Positions 1-12,565 of a DNA stretch of 64,000 bases are shown here, one piece after another. The stretch spans positions 43,710,001 to 43,774,000 of the forward strand of contig NC_043002.1 of NCBI RefSeq assembly GCF_006345805.1, given 5' to 3'. The position numbers and the translations under genes are program-made. Each line of letters begins with the position of its first letter. Within the stretch, counting starts at the first letter, position 1. This DNA is from Octopus sinensis (Eukaryota). The notes beneath the pieces were generated by a model. That model worked only from the letters and a program-made list of their open reading frames with translations. It was not told the DNA's origin and searched no databases.

Positions 1-584
1 GTGGGGTTACTTTATATTAGCAACAAGAAGGATAGTTTTAAGGTGCAGGTGTGCTGCTTGAAGATATACGCTAACTACTACAACAGCAACGCAGAAAGAT
101 TAAGCTGCCTGTTCTGTTTTCATGATTCCGGATGTGACAGATGCAAGGTTAACTCGAAGAAATTTAGCTTAAATTGTCCAATTTAATCAGGTATTTAATG
201 GGTCTAATGCCAACACGACCTTTTATGCAAAATTGATTTCAAATACCTTATACTTTTTTTTTGTCTGCAAAATTTAGTATCAATAACTCCGGTAGCTTGC
301 AATCATTATTAACATTCTAACCCAAATACCTTAATTATAAGTTGTAATCTCAAATTTAAAGTAAACTGTAGACGATTTGTCATAATCTTTTCGGGATTTA
401 TTAATTTAAATGTTTAATGTATGAAGAGAAAGCACTCAAACTATATTGTACAGTGCAGGTGTTTATTATCAATTTACAATACTAATGTAAGTGACCAGTG
501 ATAATCAGATTAGAATTACACACAAACACACATGCACGCACATACACATACACACATACACACATACACACACATATATATACT

Positions 585-616
<32 letters not shown>

Positions 617-684
617 TGTATGTATGTATGTATGTATATGTACGTGTGTGTGTGTATGTATGTATGTATGTATGTATGTATGTA

Positions 685-715
<31 letters not shown>

Positions 716-1133
716 GTATTAAGCAGTAGATATATTCCAACATGGCGCACTTATTTCTGTTTAAGAGGATTTAATAATTATTAGCCATGTTTTAATCATT
801 TAACGACAAACTTAATAATCAACTGACTTATTGCAATACATACAATCTGTAAAAGGAAAATAAAATTCTTTAATTATCCATGACATTTTAACTGTAAATG
901 TCTGTCATTTGTTCAAGATGTAATTCATTTGCACTACATGGCTTCAAAATTTCACAGTCAACAATTCTAACTCTATTCAAATAATAATTAAATACTTCGG
1001 AACAGAAAATGCAAGAATCGGAGAACAAAAGTAACAAAATTGCATGTTGACAAAATTTCTACTTAAATATATTTTCACTGAGTAATTGGCCTTCTTATAA
1101 TTTTTCGTTTCTATATTTACTATTATCCAACAG

Positions 1134-1225
1134 TATACTGAAGGACTAAGTTCTTGGAATGATACCAGACTAGAAGTCCTATGTAAAGAATGCATTATTA
1201 GTGTGACATTTATCAGCATTTCTGC
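1134..1225 (+). CDS. Candidate internal exon of an unidentified gene
   Basis: Long pyrimidine tract ending CCAACAG, one open frame YTEGLSSWNDTRLEVLCKECIISVTFISIS, strong donor GC|GTAAGT. No recognisable homology. Confidence 0.3.
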
Positions 1226-1493
1226 GTAAGTCGCTTAAGTGATAGTTATTCTGCTAACATTCGATAGGGTATTGTTTGCCAGGATCGCAAGCCCGATAAA
1301 TTTGTAGACTATACGAAAATCGTCACACATATGCGAGTTTGGTAATATATACCATGCATGCCCTGCTCATTATTTCCGGAGCCTTTGTAGTCGCGACCAG
1401 AAAGTGACACAATCTGAATCTTCCATACTGTGATCCAGCTGAACCTCTAGGATGTGACAGACGGAAACAGAGAGCGTGAAGATATACACACAA

Positions 1494-1564
<71 letters not shown>

Positions 1565-1573
1565 TATGAATAA

Positions 1574-1770
1574 ATGAAAGAATGGAGTTGAACGACAAAT
1601 TAACAATTTCCTTTATTTTCGACATATGTTTCGAAGGCTGCATATCCTAATTGTGAAGGAATAAGGAGTACATTATGTCGCTTTCTCATCAGAAAAACAA
1701 GGAATTTATGTCAACATCAAGATTCACAAAAACTTTTAGATGACTGCTCTCACGGAGCGCATAGCGATAA
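1574..1770 (-). mobile_element. PLE pLTR-like fragment with hammerhead (core 1607-1705), same family as 35741-36088
   Basis: Minus strand CTGATGA-GAAAGCGACATA...TATGCAGCCTTC-GAAAC-ATAT-GTC|GAAAATAAAGGAA. Abuts (TA)n at about 1560. Confidence 0.8.
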
Positions 1771-1812
1771 TGAGTGTCTCTTTAATATTCCTTTATAAGG
1801 AATATTACTCAA

Positions 1813-1858
<46 letters not shown>

Positions 1859-2224
1859 ATGTGTGTGTGTGTGTGTATGTATGCATGTATGTATGTATGT
1901 ATTATGCATGTATGTATGTATGTATGTATGTATGTATGTATGTATGTATGTATGTATGTATGTATGTATGTATGTGTGTAGAAGGTTGAAAAGGAACACA
2001 CGAGTTGATATATATGGGAAAAAGTCAAGATAGAAAATGCTAAAATAATTTTATAAAAAACATTTCGGTACCGGTTTCAGTCATTGAGACTTCTTCAACT
2101 GTAAGTATGGAAGACAATTAAATTCTGGAAAAATTAAAAGAAAAGTTATTTTTAGAGAATATTTGCAGTGTTCAAATACAGGTGGCATTTTCCTTGTTTC
2201 TGCCTGTCTCTGTCTCTCTTATTT

Positions 2225-2560
2225 ACTCTTATTTCTTTATTGCCCACAAGGGGCTAAACATAGAGGGGACAAACAAGGACAGACAAAGGGATTAAGTTGA
2301 GCCAAGACGTAACTGGTACTTAATTTATCGACCCCGAAAGGATGAAAGGCAAAGTCGACCTCGGCGGAATTTGAACTCAGAACGTAAAGACAAACGAAAT
2401 ACCTATTTCTTTACTACCCAAACAAGGACAGACAAACGGATTAAGTCGATTATATCAACCCCAGTGCGTAACTGGTACTTATTTAATCGACTCCGAAAGG
2501 ATCAAAAGCAAAGTCGACCTCGATGGAATTTGAACTCAGAACGTAGCAGTATTTACTCTT
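2225..2560 (-). mobile_element. tRNA-derived SINE with Nin/Deu-like central domain (further copies about 9345-9545 -, 20270-20480 +, 37870-38090 -, 38105-38270 -)
   Basis: Recurrent GTTCAAATTCCGCCGAGGTCGACTTTGCCTTTCATCCTTTCGGGGTCGATAAATTAAGTACCAG: B-box followed by a Nin-domain-like core. Confidence 0.7.
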
Positions 2561-2586
2561 GTGGGTTCGAGGTCTTCTTGGTAGGA

Positions 2587-2696
2587 AAGAAGAAGAAGAA
2601 GAAGAAGAAGAAGAAGAAGAAGAAGAAGAAGAAGAAGAAGAAGAAGAAGAAGAAGAAGAAGAAGAAGAAGAAGAAGAAGAAGAAGAAGAAGAAGAA
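2587..2696. repeat. (AAG)n microsatellite, about 37 units
   Basis: Direct reading. It explains the poly-K and poly-S ORFs in the track. Confidence 0.98.
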
Positions 2697-2820
2697 TGTG
2701 AGAGTGCCATGACAGTAGTATGTTGAATGGTCAGCTGCCCCGAAAATGACCCGTTGTGGATGGTAGTAGTGATTTAATTCCTGAAACAGCTCTTTTGAAT
2801 TTGTTTATAAAATTTTCGTA

Positions 2821-3075
2821 GGTGTTAGTTAGTTAGTTAATTTTGGGGCTCAAAAAGCAAAAAGCAAGGCCATGTAGGGGGACATGGAGTTATGTACAGG
2901 GTGGTGTTCATGTAAAGAGTTCAGGCCACTTGAGGTCAAGGGAGACTTTGAACCGAGCGGTCGTCGGCATCTTCACCATCTCGTCTGGCAGCTTATTCCA
3001 CGGATCAGCAACCCGGACGGAGAAAGCCCCTCTCCTTCGATTGAGATGAAATCGTCGCAGATTTATTGTAAACAG
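2821..3075 (-). mobile_element. CR1/L2-group LINE 3' end
   Basis: RRGAFSVRVADPWNKLPDEMVKMPTTARFKVSLD is a typical CR1 ORF2 C-terminus; short (TAAC)n tail at about 2821-2836. Confidence 0.75.
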
Positions 3076-3363
3076 CAATAGTCGTAAAGTTAGGAAGGAG
3101 GAGGAAGAAGTCAAAGAAGAAGAAGAAGAAGAAGAAAGACAAGGGAGAATAAGAAGGAATGTAGTAATAAGAAAGTAGTAAGGTGTTAAATGTTCAAATG
3201 ACCTAAACTTGTCTCGTTATGGATTATAGCAGTGATTGAGACTGTTTTTTAATGAATTCTTGGGAATCTCTTGAGTGTATCATTTTTAATATTTGCGTGT
3301 GTATTTGTGTTAGTCTAATGCTGTGGTGGATATGTATATATGTATGTATGTGCATAATATATA

Positions 3364-3430
<67 letters not shown>

Positions 3431-3434
<4 letters not shown>

Positions 3435-5577
3435 TATAATTAAGGGCTAAAGAGGGTTATTCTAAAGCCAAATACACTGTTTTATCCACTTATAATCCGC
3501 TTGTTACAGGAAAATTGAAACTGAAAACGGGCAACTAACCTTTAGAAAATTTAAATTTCGTTATCTCTATATTGAATCAATTTCGGACTTAATCTTATAA
3601 AAAAAGATATATTCCTTCTTCAGTAGAACTTTCGATGGGATATAAATAAAATACTCACGTATGATCATGGAAAAAGCACAAGCTAAAAACATAACTACAC
3701 TTGAGTACATCACTTATATCTAAAAATAAAAATTCTTTGGTCAGCCTCAGAAAACAACGTCCAGACCTTTCGCCGCTACAAATTGTAATGGTTACCAGTC
3801 CTCCTGTAGCAAGCATCGAGTTTACTACTAAGCAATATAGGATGGAGTCCCTTACTCTACAGCAAAGGAATTCATCAGGAAGCGTGGGCAGTATATTTAA
3901 AAAAACCGTTACGGTTGCAATATACATCATATAATTAAGGGCTAAAGAGGGTTATTCTAAAGCCAAATACACTGTTTTATCCACTTATAATCCGCTTGTT
4001 ACAGGAAAATTGAAACTGAAAACGGGCAACTAACCTTTAGAAAATTTAAATTTCGTTATCTCTATATTGAATCAATTTCGGACTTAATCTTATAAAAAAA
4101 AAGATATATTCCTTCTTCAGTAGAACTTTCGATGGGATATAAATAAAATACTCACGTATGATCATGGAAAAAGCACAAGCTAAAAACATAACTACACTTG
4201 AGTACATCACTTATATCTAAAAAAAAATTCTTTGGTCAGCCTCAGAAAACAACGTCCAGACCTTTCGCCGCTACAAATTGTAATGGTTACCAGTCCTCCT
4301 GTAGCAAGCATCGAGTTTACTACTAAGCAATATAGGATGGAGTCCCTTACTCTACAGCAAAGGAATTCATCAGGAAGCGTGGGCAGTATATTTAAAAAAA
4401 CCGTTACGGTTGCAATATACATCATATAATTAAGGGCTAAAGAGGGTTATTCTAAAGCCAAATACACTGTTTTATCCACTTATAATCCGCTTGTTACAGG
4501 AAAATTGAAACTGAAAACGGGCAACTAACCTTTAGAAAATTTAAATTTCGTTATCTCTATATTGAATCAATTTCGGACTTAATCTTATAAAAAAAGATAT
4601 ATTCCTTCTTCAGTAGAACTTTCGATGGGATATAAATAAAATACTCACGTATGATCATGGAAAAAGCACAAGCTAAAAACATAACTACACTTGAGTACAT
4701 CACTTATATCTAAAAATAAAAATTCTTTGGTCAGCCTCAGAAAACAACGTCCAGACCTTTCGCCGCTACAAATTGTAATGGTTACCAGTCCTCCTGTAGC
4801 AAGCATCGAGTTTACTACTAAGCAATATAGGATGGAGTCCCTTACTCTACAGCAAAGGAATTCATCAGGAAGCGTGGGCAGTATATTTAAAAAAACCGTT
4901 ACGGTTGCAATATACATCATATAATTAAGGGCTAAAGAGGGTTATTCTAAAGCCAAATACACTGTTTTATCCACTTATAATCCGCTTGTTACAGGAAAAT
5001 TGAAACTGAAAACGGGCAACTAACCTTTAGAAAATTTAATTTCGTTATCTCTATATTGAATCAATTTCGGACTTAATCTTATAAAAAAAGATATATTCCT
5101 TCTTCAGTAGAACTTTCGATGGGATATAAATAAAATACTCACGTATGATCATGGAAAAAGCACAAGCTAAAAACATAACTACACTTGAGTACATCACTAT
5201 ATCTAAAAATAAAAATTCTTTGGTCAGCCTCAGAAAACAACGTCCAGACCTTTCGCCGCTACAAATTGTAATGGTTACCAGTCCTCCTGTAGCAAGCATC
5301 GAGTTTACTACTAAGCATATAGGATGGAGTCCCTTACTCTACAGCAAAGGAATTCATCAGGAAGCGTGGGCAGTATATTTAAAAAAACCGTTACGGTTGC
5401 AATATACATCATATAATTAAGGGCTAAAGAGGGTTATTCTAAAGCCAAATACACTGTTTTATCCACTTATAATCCGCTTGTTACAGGAAAATTGAAACTG
5501 AAAACGGGCAACTAACCTTTAGAAAATTTAAATTTCGTTATCTCTATATTGAATCAATTTCGGACTTAATCTTATAA
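3431..5577 (-). repeat. Tandem array of about 495-bp units (about 4.3 copies), each full unit carrying a type I hammerhead; retrozyme-like
   Basis: Unit starts (ATCATATAATTAAGGG) at 3431, 3926, 4421, 4916 and 5408. Units are nearly identical and the array is flanked by TA-rich microsatellite on both sides. Confidence 0.93.
3558..3635 (-). ncRNA. Type I hammerhead ribozyme motif (further full copies 4053-4132, 4548-4625, 5042-5119; 3' half only at 5535-5577)
   Basis: Minus strand: TTCTA-CTGAAGA-A-GGA..ATCTT..AAGAT..TCC-GAAA-TTGATTCAAT-A|TAGAG. Helix I TTCTA/TAGAG plus distal TCG/CGA; helix III ATTGA-T-TCAAT palindrome; AUA cleavage triplet. Confidence 0.75.
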
Positions 5578-5596
5578 ATATATACATACATATATA

Positions 5597-5887
5597 CTAG
5601 CTTAAAAGTTAGCATTTAGCTTTTAAACTACAGGCCCCGAATAGGCAGATCTCTACAAACAGAGGTCTGACTCGTTTCGGAGAATTTGTTGCAATTGCTT
5701 CCTCCCGAATCATATTCCAATGATCATATTCATCGCAAAAAAAAAAAATCAAGTAAAAATTAACTAGAAATAATCGCTGGATTTTGCAATTAATTTCATG
5801 GTATAATATGTTGTCCTACGGCCTCTAGGAGTAAAGTTGAAAAGTGTGACACATTGACACACTGACATTCGCATTTATCATATTAGA
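5597..5887 (-). mobile_element. Non-autonomous Helitron-like element
   Basis: Minus strand starts TC (TCTAATATGATAAATGCGAATG) and ends CTAG, inserted between A and T. Confidence 0.55.
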
Positions 5888-6014
5888 TATATATAAAGAA
5901 AAAGTTTTTTTCACACTGATATAAATACACAAATAATAGAAGTTGAAACGCTTAAAGCTTTAAATATTATTTTGATTATTCTCAGTGTATTTTCAACTAC
6001 TATTTTTCACACGC

Positions 6015-6056
<42 letters not shown>

Positions 6057-6074
6057 ACACACATATATACATAT

Positions 6075-6412
6075 ATTTTTAAGACCTCCTTCGGTCATGA
6101 CAGACCATGGGGAGATTGCACCTAGAAAGTTACTTTCCAATGCACAAGTCCGGGTAAGGTTGTTTATGGAAGACCAGCAGTCGCCCATGCATACCGGCCT
6201 CCCCTCTCCACGCCACCAGTGTTATCCAAGGGAAAGGCAAGGGGCCGATACAGCCTGTGATGTCGCAAATCATTTCTACAGCTGAGTGAAGTGGAGCAAC
6301 GTGAAACAAAGTGTCTTGCTCAAGAACACAACATGCAGCCCAGTCCGGGATTTGAATTCACAACCTCACGATCGTAAGCTCGGCGCTCTAACCACTCAGC
6401 CATGCGCCTTCA
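6075..6412 (-). mobile_element. tRNA-derived SINE family A (further copies about 12640-12975 +, 15520-15760 -, 24507-24840 +, 51690-52010 +)
   Basis: A-box GGCTCAGTGGTTAGAGCG and B-box-like CGAATCCC, followed by a conserved GTGTTCTTGAGCAAGACACTT...CACTCAGCTGTAGAAATGAG body. Confidence 0.8.
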
Positions 6413-7929
6413 TACACACACACACACACACCACACACACACACACATATTCTTTTATTCTTTTATTTCTTTCAGGTCATTTGACTGCGGCCATGCTGGA
6501 GCACCGCTGAATCGCGAACTTACAGAAACATAAACGAACCAATATCGATTGTCAAGTGGTATGTAGATAGACGCCAAATTCACTCACAAGGCATTGGTAG
6601 ACTCGTGCTGCGTCGTGAGTCTGAACTCAAAACCACGTGGTTGCAAAATGCGTTTCTTGACCATACAACCCTATCCGAGCCTGTGTATATGTATATTCTT
6701 TAGTGAAATTTTCCTTAAGTTTAAATAGGAGTCATTTTAAGAACTGAGAATATCATGTGAATCGTTTAAGTTATTCAAGATGTAATAGTATGCAGTACCG
6801 AACTACCACCTTTAATGATAAAGTATGCAAAATTACCCTGTTTCCTCGGAAAATGGGGCTTCAAAACTGTTTGAACGGGTAGCGAAACCAATTTCTATTA
6901 CGGTATATTGAACACGATCAGCCTTTTATAGGCTCAGCACGTTAATCTGAAATGATTGGTCATCTCACCTATCGTGTAAGTTTTGAACATTGGCTGAATA
7001 TTGCGCGGGATTTGGATCGAAGATCCAATCACGTTGCGCATAATGTCTTTTCAAACAACTAATCTGAATGTGTTCTGGAACCTACCTTCTTTCTATGAAT
7101 TGATATAACAAATCATTTATGAGCAGAGGGGTGAGCGATTTTCATGAAGGCGAGTCATGTTATTTTTCCTTCCGTTTTTCACCAAAACAAAATTAATATA
7201 ACGGAGTACATTTAACCAACGACAGCCCGAGCTGAATTATCCAAACGACCAGAATTCGTGATGTCTTCATTTTGTCCCATGTACTATATAACTACCAGAA
7301 TTCGTGATGTCTTTATTTCGACCCCCGCCCCGTACTATTTAAAGGGGGAATAAAGTCTCGCTGCATTTTTAAAGTTCGTTTTTTTGTATTATTTTCCAAT
7401 AGTGAACACGCAACATATATTATATAATGGTATGTAAGATTCCGTAGTAAAACCAAGGGTGACTTTATACAACACCGTTAAAAATTTAAATACCAGAAAT
7501 TCAAAATTTTACATCGTCTGACGCCGGGGAAAATTATATAACAAAAATCATTCACAATAAATCCACTGAGGAGTATAAATCAAGACATCATATAAATATT
7601 TGATAATTATGAAGCATCCGAAACAATTCAGAACAAAATTTCCATTATATTTCGGAAGTGTCGTAACTAAGAAGGCCTATAAACGAATTTACCGGTTGTT
7701 ATTTTTGGTTATATTTCCCTTATTTTTCGCCACATCTATCCGTTGTCTTTTCAAATGCTCGGTTTTTAACTAAACATGTATACTGATGACGTTATTCGTT
7801 TAATTTGCTTTCTTTTGTCGTTGCCAATACAAGAAGACACAAGTGTATGAAGGCAGGCGCGTGTGTATTGTTTGGTCTTCATTATTTTTTACACATTTTA
7901 TCACGATATTGCTATTGCTTTAATCTGGT

Positions 7930-8200
7930 GGTGGTGTGGTGGTGGGTATTGAAGTTAAGGTGTATTGTTACACCACTCGTTCTTTCTAAATGTATAGGTC
8001 TGCTTCCTGTATTTGTATAGCTTCTGTAATTTATCTTGATGTGGGTCATTTGGATGACTGGAAAGAATTTTTTTATCGAACCGTTGTGTTTTTGTATGGC
8101 ATGTTGATAGAATACAAACATTTATTTCTTTACATTATATTCCCGCAAGTAATCAGCAGTCGTTTCACGTAACCTGGGGGTTGTTTCTCCTACGTAGGTT
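7930..8200 (-). mobile_element. Degenerate PLE GIY-YIG endonuclease C-terminal fragment
   Basis: Minus-strand pieces TYVGET, HAIQKHNG, ITEAIQIQE and RKNEW, broken by frameshifts. Confidence 0.5.
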
Positions 8201-8289
8201 GTGATGATGTCCTTATATTAACTCTCTCGGGTTACATAACTTTTCTGTTTTTGTAGTTTAATTTTCGGTTGGTTGTGCTCGCTCTGCAG

Positions 8290-8720
8290 TTGTTATTAGT
8301 AAGGAGAAGAGGTATGAAAAGTTAATCGAAGAATGCAGAGAACAGGGATGGAATGTCGAATATTATCACCTGACAGTTGGGGCTAGAGGCTTCATTGAAA
8401 AGAAAATGACAACGCTTTTCAAAAGAAGATTTGTTTTTTCTAGCCCCGAGCTGCGTAAACTAATAAGGAGAGTACAGGAGGCGGTCGAAAAAGCCAGCTT
8501 CTATATATGGCTGAAGCGGGAAGACCGAAAATGGCTTGAAAGTCATAAACACGCCGATGGGAAATAACATCATTAGGTGAGACAAGCTGACTGACAGGTG
8601 ACGGTCGTTTAGAAAAAGCGCGAGCTAAAACTACGATCCTTCATTAGTCAGTTAAGGTGAGACAGTATCACGTGACAACTTGCTGAGGCTGCCTGCTAGA
8701 GCCTATGCGGCATGTTTTTA
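8290..8720 (+). mobile_element. 3' end of a Hero-like (R2 group, restriction-like endonuclease) non-LTR retrotransposon
   Basis: KEKRYEKLIEECREQGWNVEYYHLTVGARGF...RRVQEAVEKASFYIWLKRED resembles the Hero C-terminus (K-Y-L--EC---GW------EVGARGF ... AE-AS-W-W-KR). Confidence 0.75.
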
Positions 8721-9059
8721 AAGGGTGAAATTTGACAAGACAGTCAGTCACCGGCTGACACTCGCTGACGATACATCGAAGAGGCCAGGGAACAGAAGAA
8801 AGAAGAAAGAAGACATGTACCCAACACCAGAGCTGAAGACACCTCCGAAGGGCGGGGACGCCACGTCAAAACGGTAGAGGAGTAGGGGCCGAAACCGGAC
8901 GTGGTTCCTCCTGATAATGTCTTGAGCTAACTGGATCCTATTAAGGAGCTGTTGTGGTAGCAGACCACGAAACACGGTTGTAATTCCGTGGTATTCCCTT
9001 AAATAGGTATGACTTGCATTGTAATGAGTAGGTCAGTGGAGCTGCCTGTGTTTTTCTAC

Positions 9060-9300
9060 TTTTTTAATTTAAAATTCGTGTCATTAGTGCCTTTTTCAAT
9101 TTACGAGTTAGTTCTCCTCTGGATGTGCTATTGATAAACATCATATTTATTTTTGTAATACTTGAGATTTGTTTTTGCCATATCATAAGATTTTCTTGTC
9201 TAGCATTTTTATTTTTCTGTCCAGTCTGTTCCAAAATTTGCCCAGGTACATGAGGCACACTCTTTTAGCACCATGCTGGCAATTTTAGGTTTTTTCTAAC
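9060..9300 (-). mobile_element. Degenerate PLE GIY-YIG C-terminal fragment
   Basis: FINSTSRGELTRKLKKALMTRILN resembles the K-KEAL-I----P-LN terminus. Confidence 0.4.
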
Positions 9301-9740
9301 TTCTTTTCACACTCTTATCCGTTCTTGTTGGTTGTATTCTTTTCTACTATAGGCACAAGGCCCAAAATTTTGAGGGAGGGAGCCAGTCGATTAAATTGAC
9401 CCCAGTACGCAGCTGGTATTTAATTCATCGACCCCAAAAGGAGGAAAGGCAAAGTCGACCTGGGTGGAATTTGAACTCAGAACATAAAGACAGACGAAAT
9501 ACCGCTAAGCATTTCGCCCGGTGGCTAACGTTTCTGCCAGCCCACCACCTTTCTCATTGGTTATATTCTGAGAATAGTATGCGAAAGGTGAAATCATTCT
9601 TTCTTTATTCACCAGATTGACATATAAGATACATTTCTAGTGATCCTCACTAGGCCTGCTCTCAAACTGTTTAATTTTGCATTTGTTAATTTAGTAGAGC
9701 TCTTGAGGACAAAGTGCTTATTGGCTATAGGTTGCATGTA

Positions 9741-9946
9741 CCGTATTTTCCGGCATACAAGTCGACATAGTATATAGCGTAAACAGGTAGTGAAAACATT
9801 TAAAGATAGTTACTATTTTTCCAAATCCTGCTGAATTTTACTTGATATTTTTGGCCCTCCTAAGGAGTCTGGGTGTATAAGTCGATCTACCAATTTTTGC
9901 TGAAAATTTTGATCTAAAAAGTTTGATTTGTGTGCTGAAAAATATG
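9741..9946. mobile_element. pogo/Tc1-type MITE
   Basis: TA|CCGTATTTTCCGGCATACAAGTCGAC ... degenerate inverted end GTGCTGAAAAATATG|TA. Confidence 0.5.
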
Positions 9947-10298
9947 TAATGCAACTAACGGACTTGTGCCTTAATTCTGTGTCTAAAACTAGTAGTCTTC
10001 TGTTTGGGTGTTTGGGTAGACAATCTACAGAAGACCGTGCTGCAATTTTTCCATGTTGCAATATTTTTCTATTTCCCGGATTTCATCTTTAAGAGTGATT
10101 TAATCACAATGCTTATGTCATATATATTACGAAAGAACATTACTAGAGAGTACATTACCACATGTTTTAATTTCCCTTTCAAGTACCGTTTGAATTATCT
10201 CATAGCTACATATTTAAATACGTCTGTATGTATACATATATGCCTGTATATATTTGTGTATGTATATATGCGTGTACGTGTGCATATATGTACGCATC

Positions 10299-10704
<406 letters not shown>

Positions 10705-10705
<1 letters not shown>

Positions 10706-10901
10706 CACTCTTTTACTCCTTTTCTTGTTTCGCTCATTTGACTGTGGCCATGCTGGAGCACCACCTTTAGTCGAGCAAATCGACTCCAGTAATTATTCTT
10801 TGTAAGCCTAGTACTTATTCTATCGGTCTCTTTTGTCGAACCGCTAAGTTACGGGGACGTAAACATACCAGCATCAGTCAAGCGAGTTGGGAGGGGGACA
10901 A

Positions 10902-10958
<57 letters not shown>

Positions 10959-11100
10959 AAGACACAGTTTCCGTCTAACAAATCCACTCACAAGGTCTTG
11001 GTCGGCCCGAGGCTATAGTAGAAACCCACTTGTCCAAGGGACTGAACCCAGAACTATGTCGTTGGTAAGCAAGCTACTTACCACACACCCATTCCTATGC
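10705..11100 (-). mobile_element. Abundant about 400-bp CORE-like SINE family B (about 18 full or partial copies, e.g. 17085-17660, 20670-21080, 32770-33150, 34830-35195, 41990-42375, 48490-48880, 61210-61640, 62545-63030)
   Basis: Head GGAGTGGCTGTGTGGTAAG...GGTTCAGTCCCACTGCGTGGCACCTTGGGCAAGTGTCTT (CORE-like), internal (TA/TG)n, 3' end GCATGGCCGCAGTCAAATGACTGAAACAAGTAAAAGAG. Confidence 0.8.
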
Positions 11101-12219
11101 CTATATATATAGCAACAACCACGTGTGTAAATCAATAAACTTACATTTGGTTTTTAGAATGTGTATCGTACGATAAAGATCAGAAGGTGATATTTCGAAC
11201 GCAGTATTACCGTTAAAACAGTAGAAAAATTGGGTAATATTACCCTTATAAGACGGAAAAGGTTGACAACAGCCACACATAATTATATACATACATACAT
11301 ACATATATGTGTATGTAAATATATACATGTATGCACGCGTCTATTTATTCTTATAGAGATATTAGTCCCGTGGTTAACAGCTTGAACATCAATGTGAGTA
11401 ACATATGAAGATTTATCTTTGAAAACCAAAATAGCCAATCCCCCGAAGGATAAATTTCACTGCGATATTATATTTGTTTACAAGATATATGTATGTGATT
11501 CCATACATTGATTTATTCAAAATATAGGCTGACTACGCGCACCAGTTATTTATGAAAATTAAACAAATCTACTCGTCCACTTTCGGGATTGACTTTTCTT
11601 TTTTATGTTAGATTTAAAACTTTAGTGCTGCCACCATCAACGTCAGCACGATGCAAAATAGATGAGGGGTGATCGAATAAACAATGTAGCGAAGGTAAGT
11701 GAATGTTTTCTGTAATCATGGAGTAACATGTAGGAGACCCTCATCCCATCTCTTGACGGGTATTTTTTTTATTTTTTATTCTTTTACCTTTTTTTACTAG
11801 TTTCAGTCATTTGACTGCGGCAAGGCTAGAGCACCGGCATGAAGTTCTTTTAGCCGAGCAAGTCGACCTCAGGACTTATTTCTTATGCCCAGTACTTATT
11901 CTATCTGCCTCTTTTGCCAAACCACAAACTTACGGAGACGTAAACACACCAACACCGGTTGCCAAACGGTGATGGAGGACAAGCACAGACACAAACACGC
12001 GCACACACACACACACACCACACACACACATACATACACACACAAACACATACAAATATATAAGCGTGGCTGTGTGGTAAGCAGCTTGTTTCCCAACCGC
12101 ATGGTCCTGGGTTCAGTCCACTGCATGGAAACTTGGAGTAGCATCTTCTAGTATAGTCTCTGGCCGACCAAAGCCTTATGAATAGATTTGGTAGTCAAAA
12201 ACAAAAAGAAGCTTTATTA

Positions 12220-12565
12220 TTGTCACACTGCCTTCTGCGCATGCTTGCTTATAGTTGGTACTAATGTGGTCACGTGATCGAAGTTTGAGCCTGATCGCAC
12301 CATTTTTCTTTCTGGTTTTACAGTGTAAGCGTGGCTGAGCTCATCGTGGATGATTTTCGGCACCCAACACACATTCGGAACAGAGAAATCGAGTCATTGC
12401 TCTTTGTTCTTCTTTGGGGCACATTGCTAGTGGACCGGTAATGCTTACACTGTAAAACCAGAAAAGAAAATGGCGCGATCAGGCTCAAATTTCGATCACG
12501 TGATCACAATAGTACCCACTTTAGTACCAACTATAAGTACGTACGCACAGAAGACAGTGTGACAA
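12220..12565. mobile_element. Fold-back MITE with about 110-120-bp imperfect terminal inverted repeats (TIRs)
   Basis: Arm 12220-12330 (TTGTCACACTG...TTTTACAGTGTAAGC) pairs with 12443-12565 (GCTTACACTGTAAAA...CAGTGTGACAA); 112-bp spacer. Confidence 0.8.

Noticed and set aside
491-2033. Many 60-230 aa ORFs of YIYI, HTHT, CVCV or MYVC type here and throughout the window
   Set aside because: They are translations of (TA)n, (CA)n, (TATG)n and (TATC)n microsatellites, not genes.
3872-3879. Second CTGATGA on the minus strand of each 495-bp unit
   Set aside because: The following hairpin is not closed by GAAA and there is no helix III or NUH site.
3655-5420. Repeated 65-91 aa ORFs in the 495-bp array
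   Set aside because: No recognisable domain; present on both strands and disrupted differently between near-identical units.
3431-5577. CRISPR array, rDNA, 5S, snRNA or histone repeat interpretation
   Set aside because: No short repeat-spacer structure, no recognisable rRNA, snRNA or histone sequence, and the context is eukaryotic.
8830-8990. Two hammerhead-like stretches (CTGAAGAC..GAAACCGGACGTG and CTGATAA..GAAACACGGTT)
   Set aside because: Core mutations or an invalid GUG triplet, and no helix I pairing; at most very decayed.
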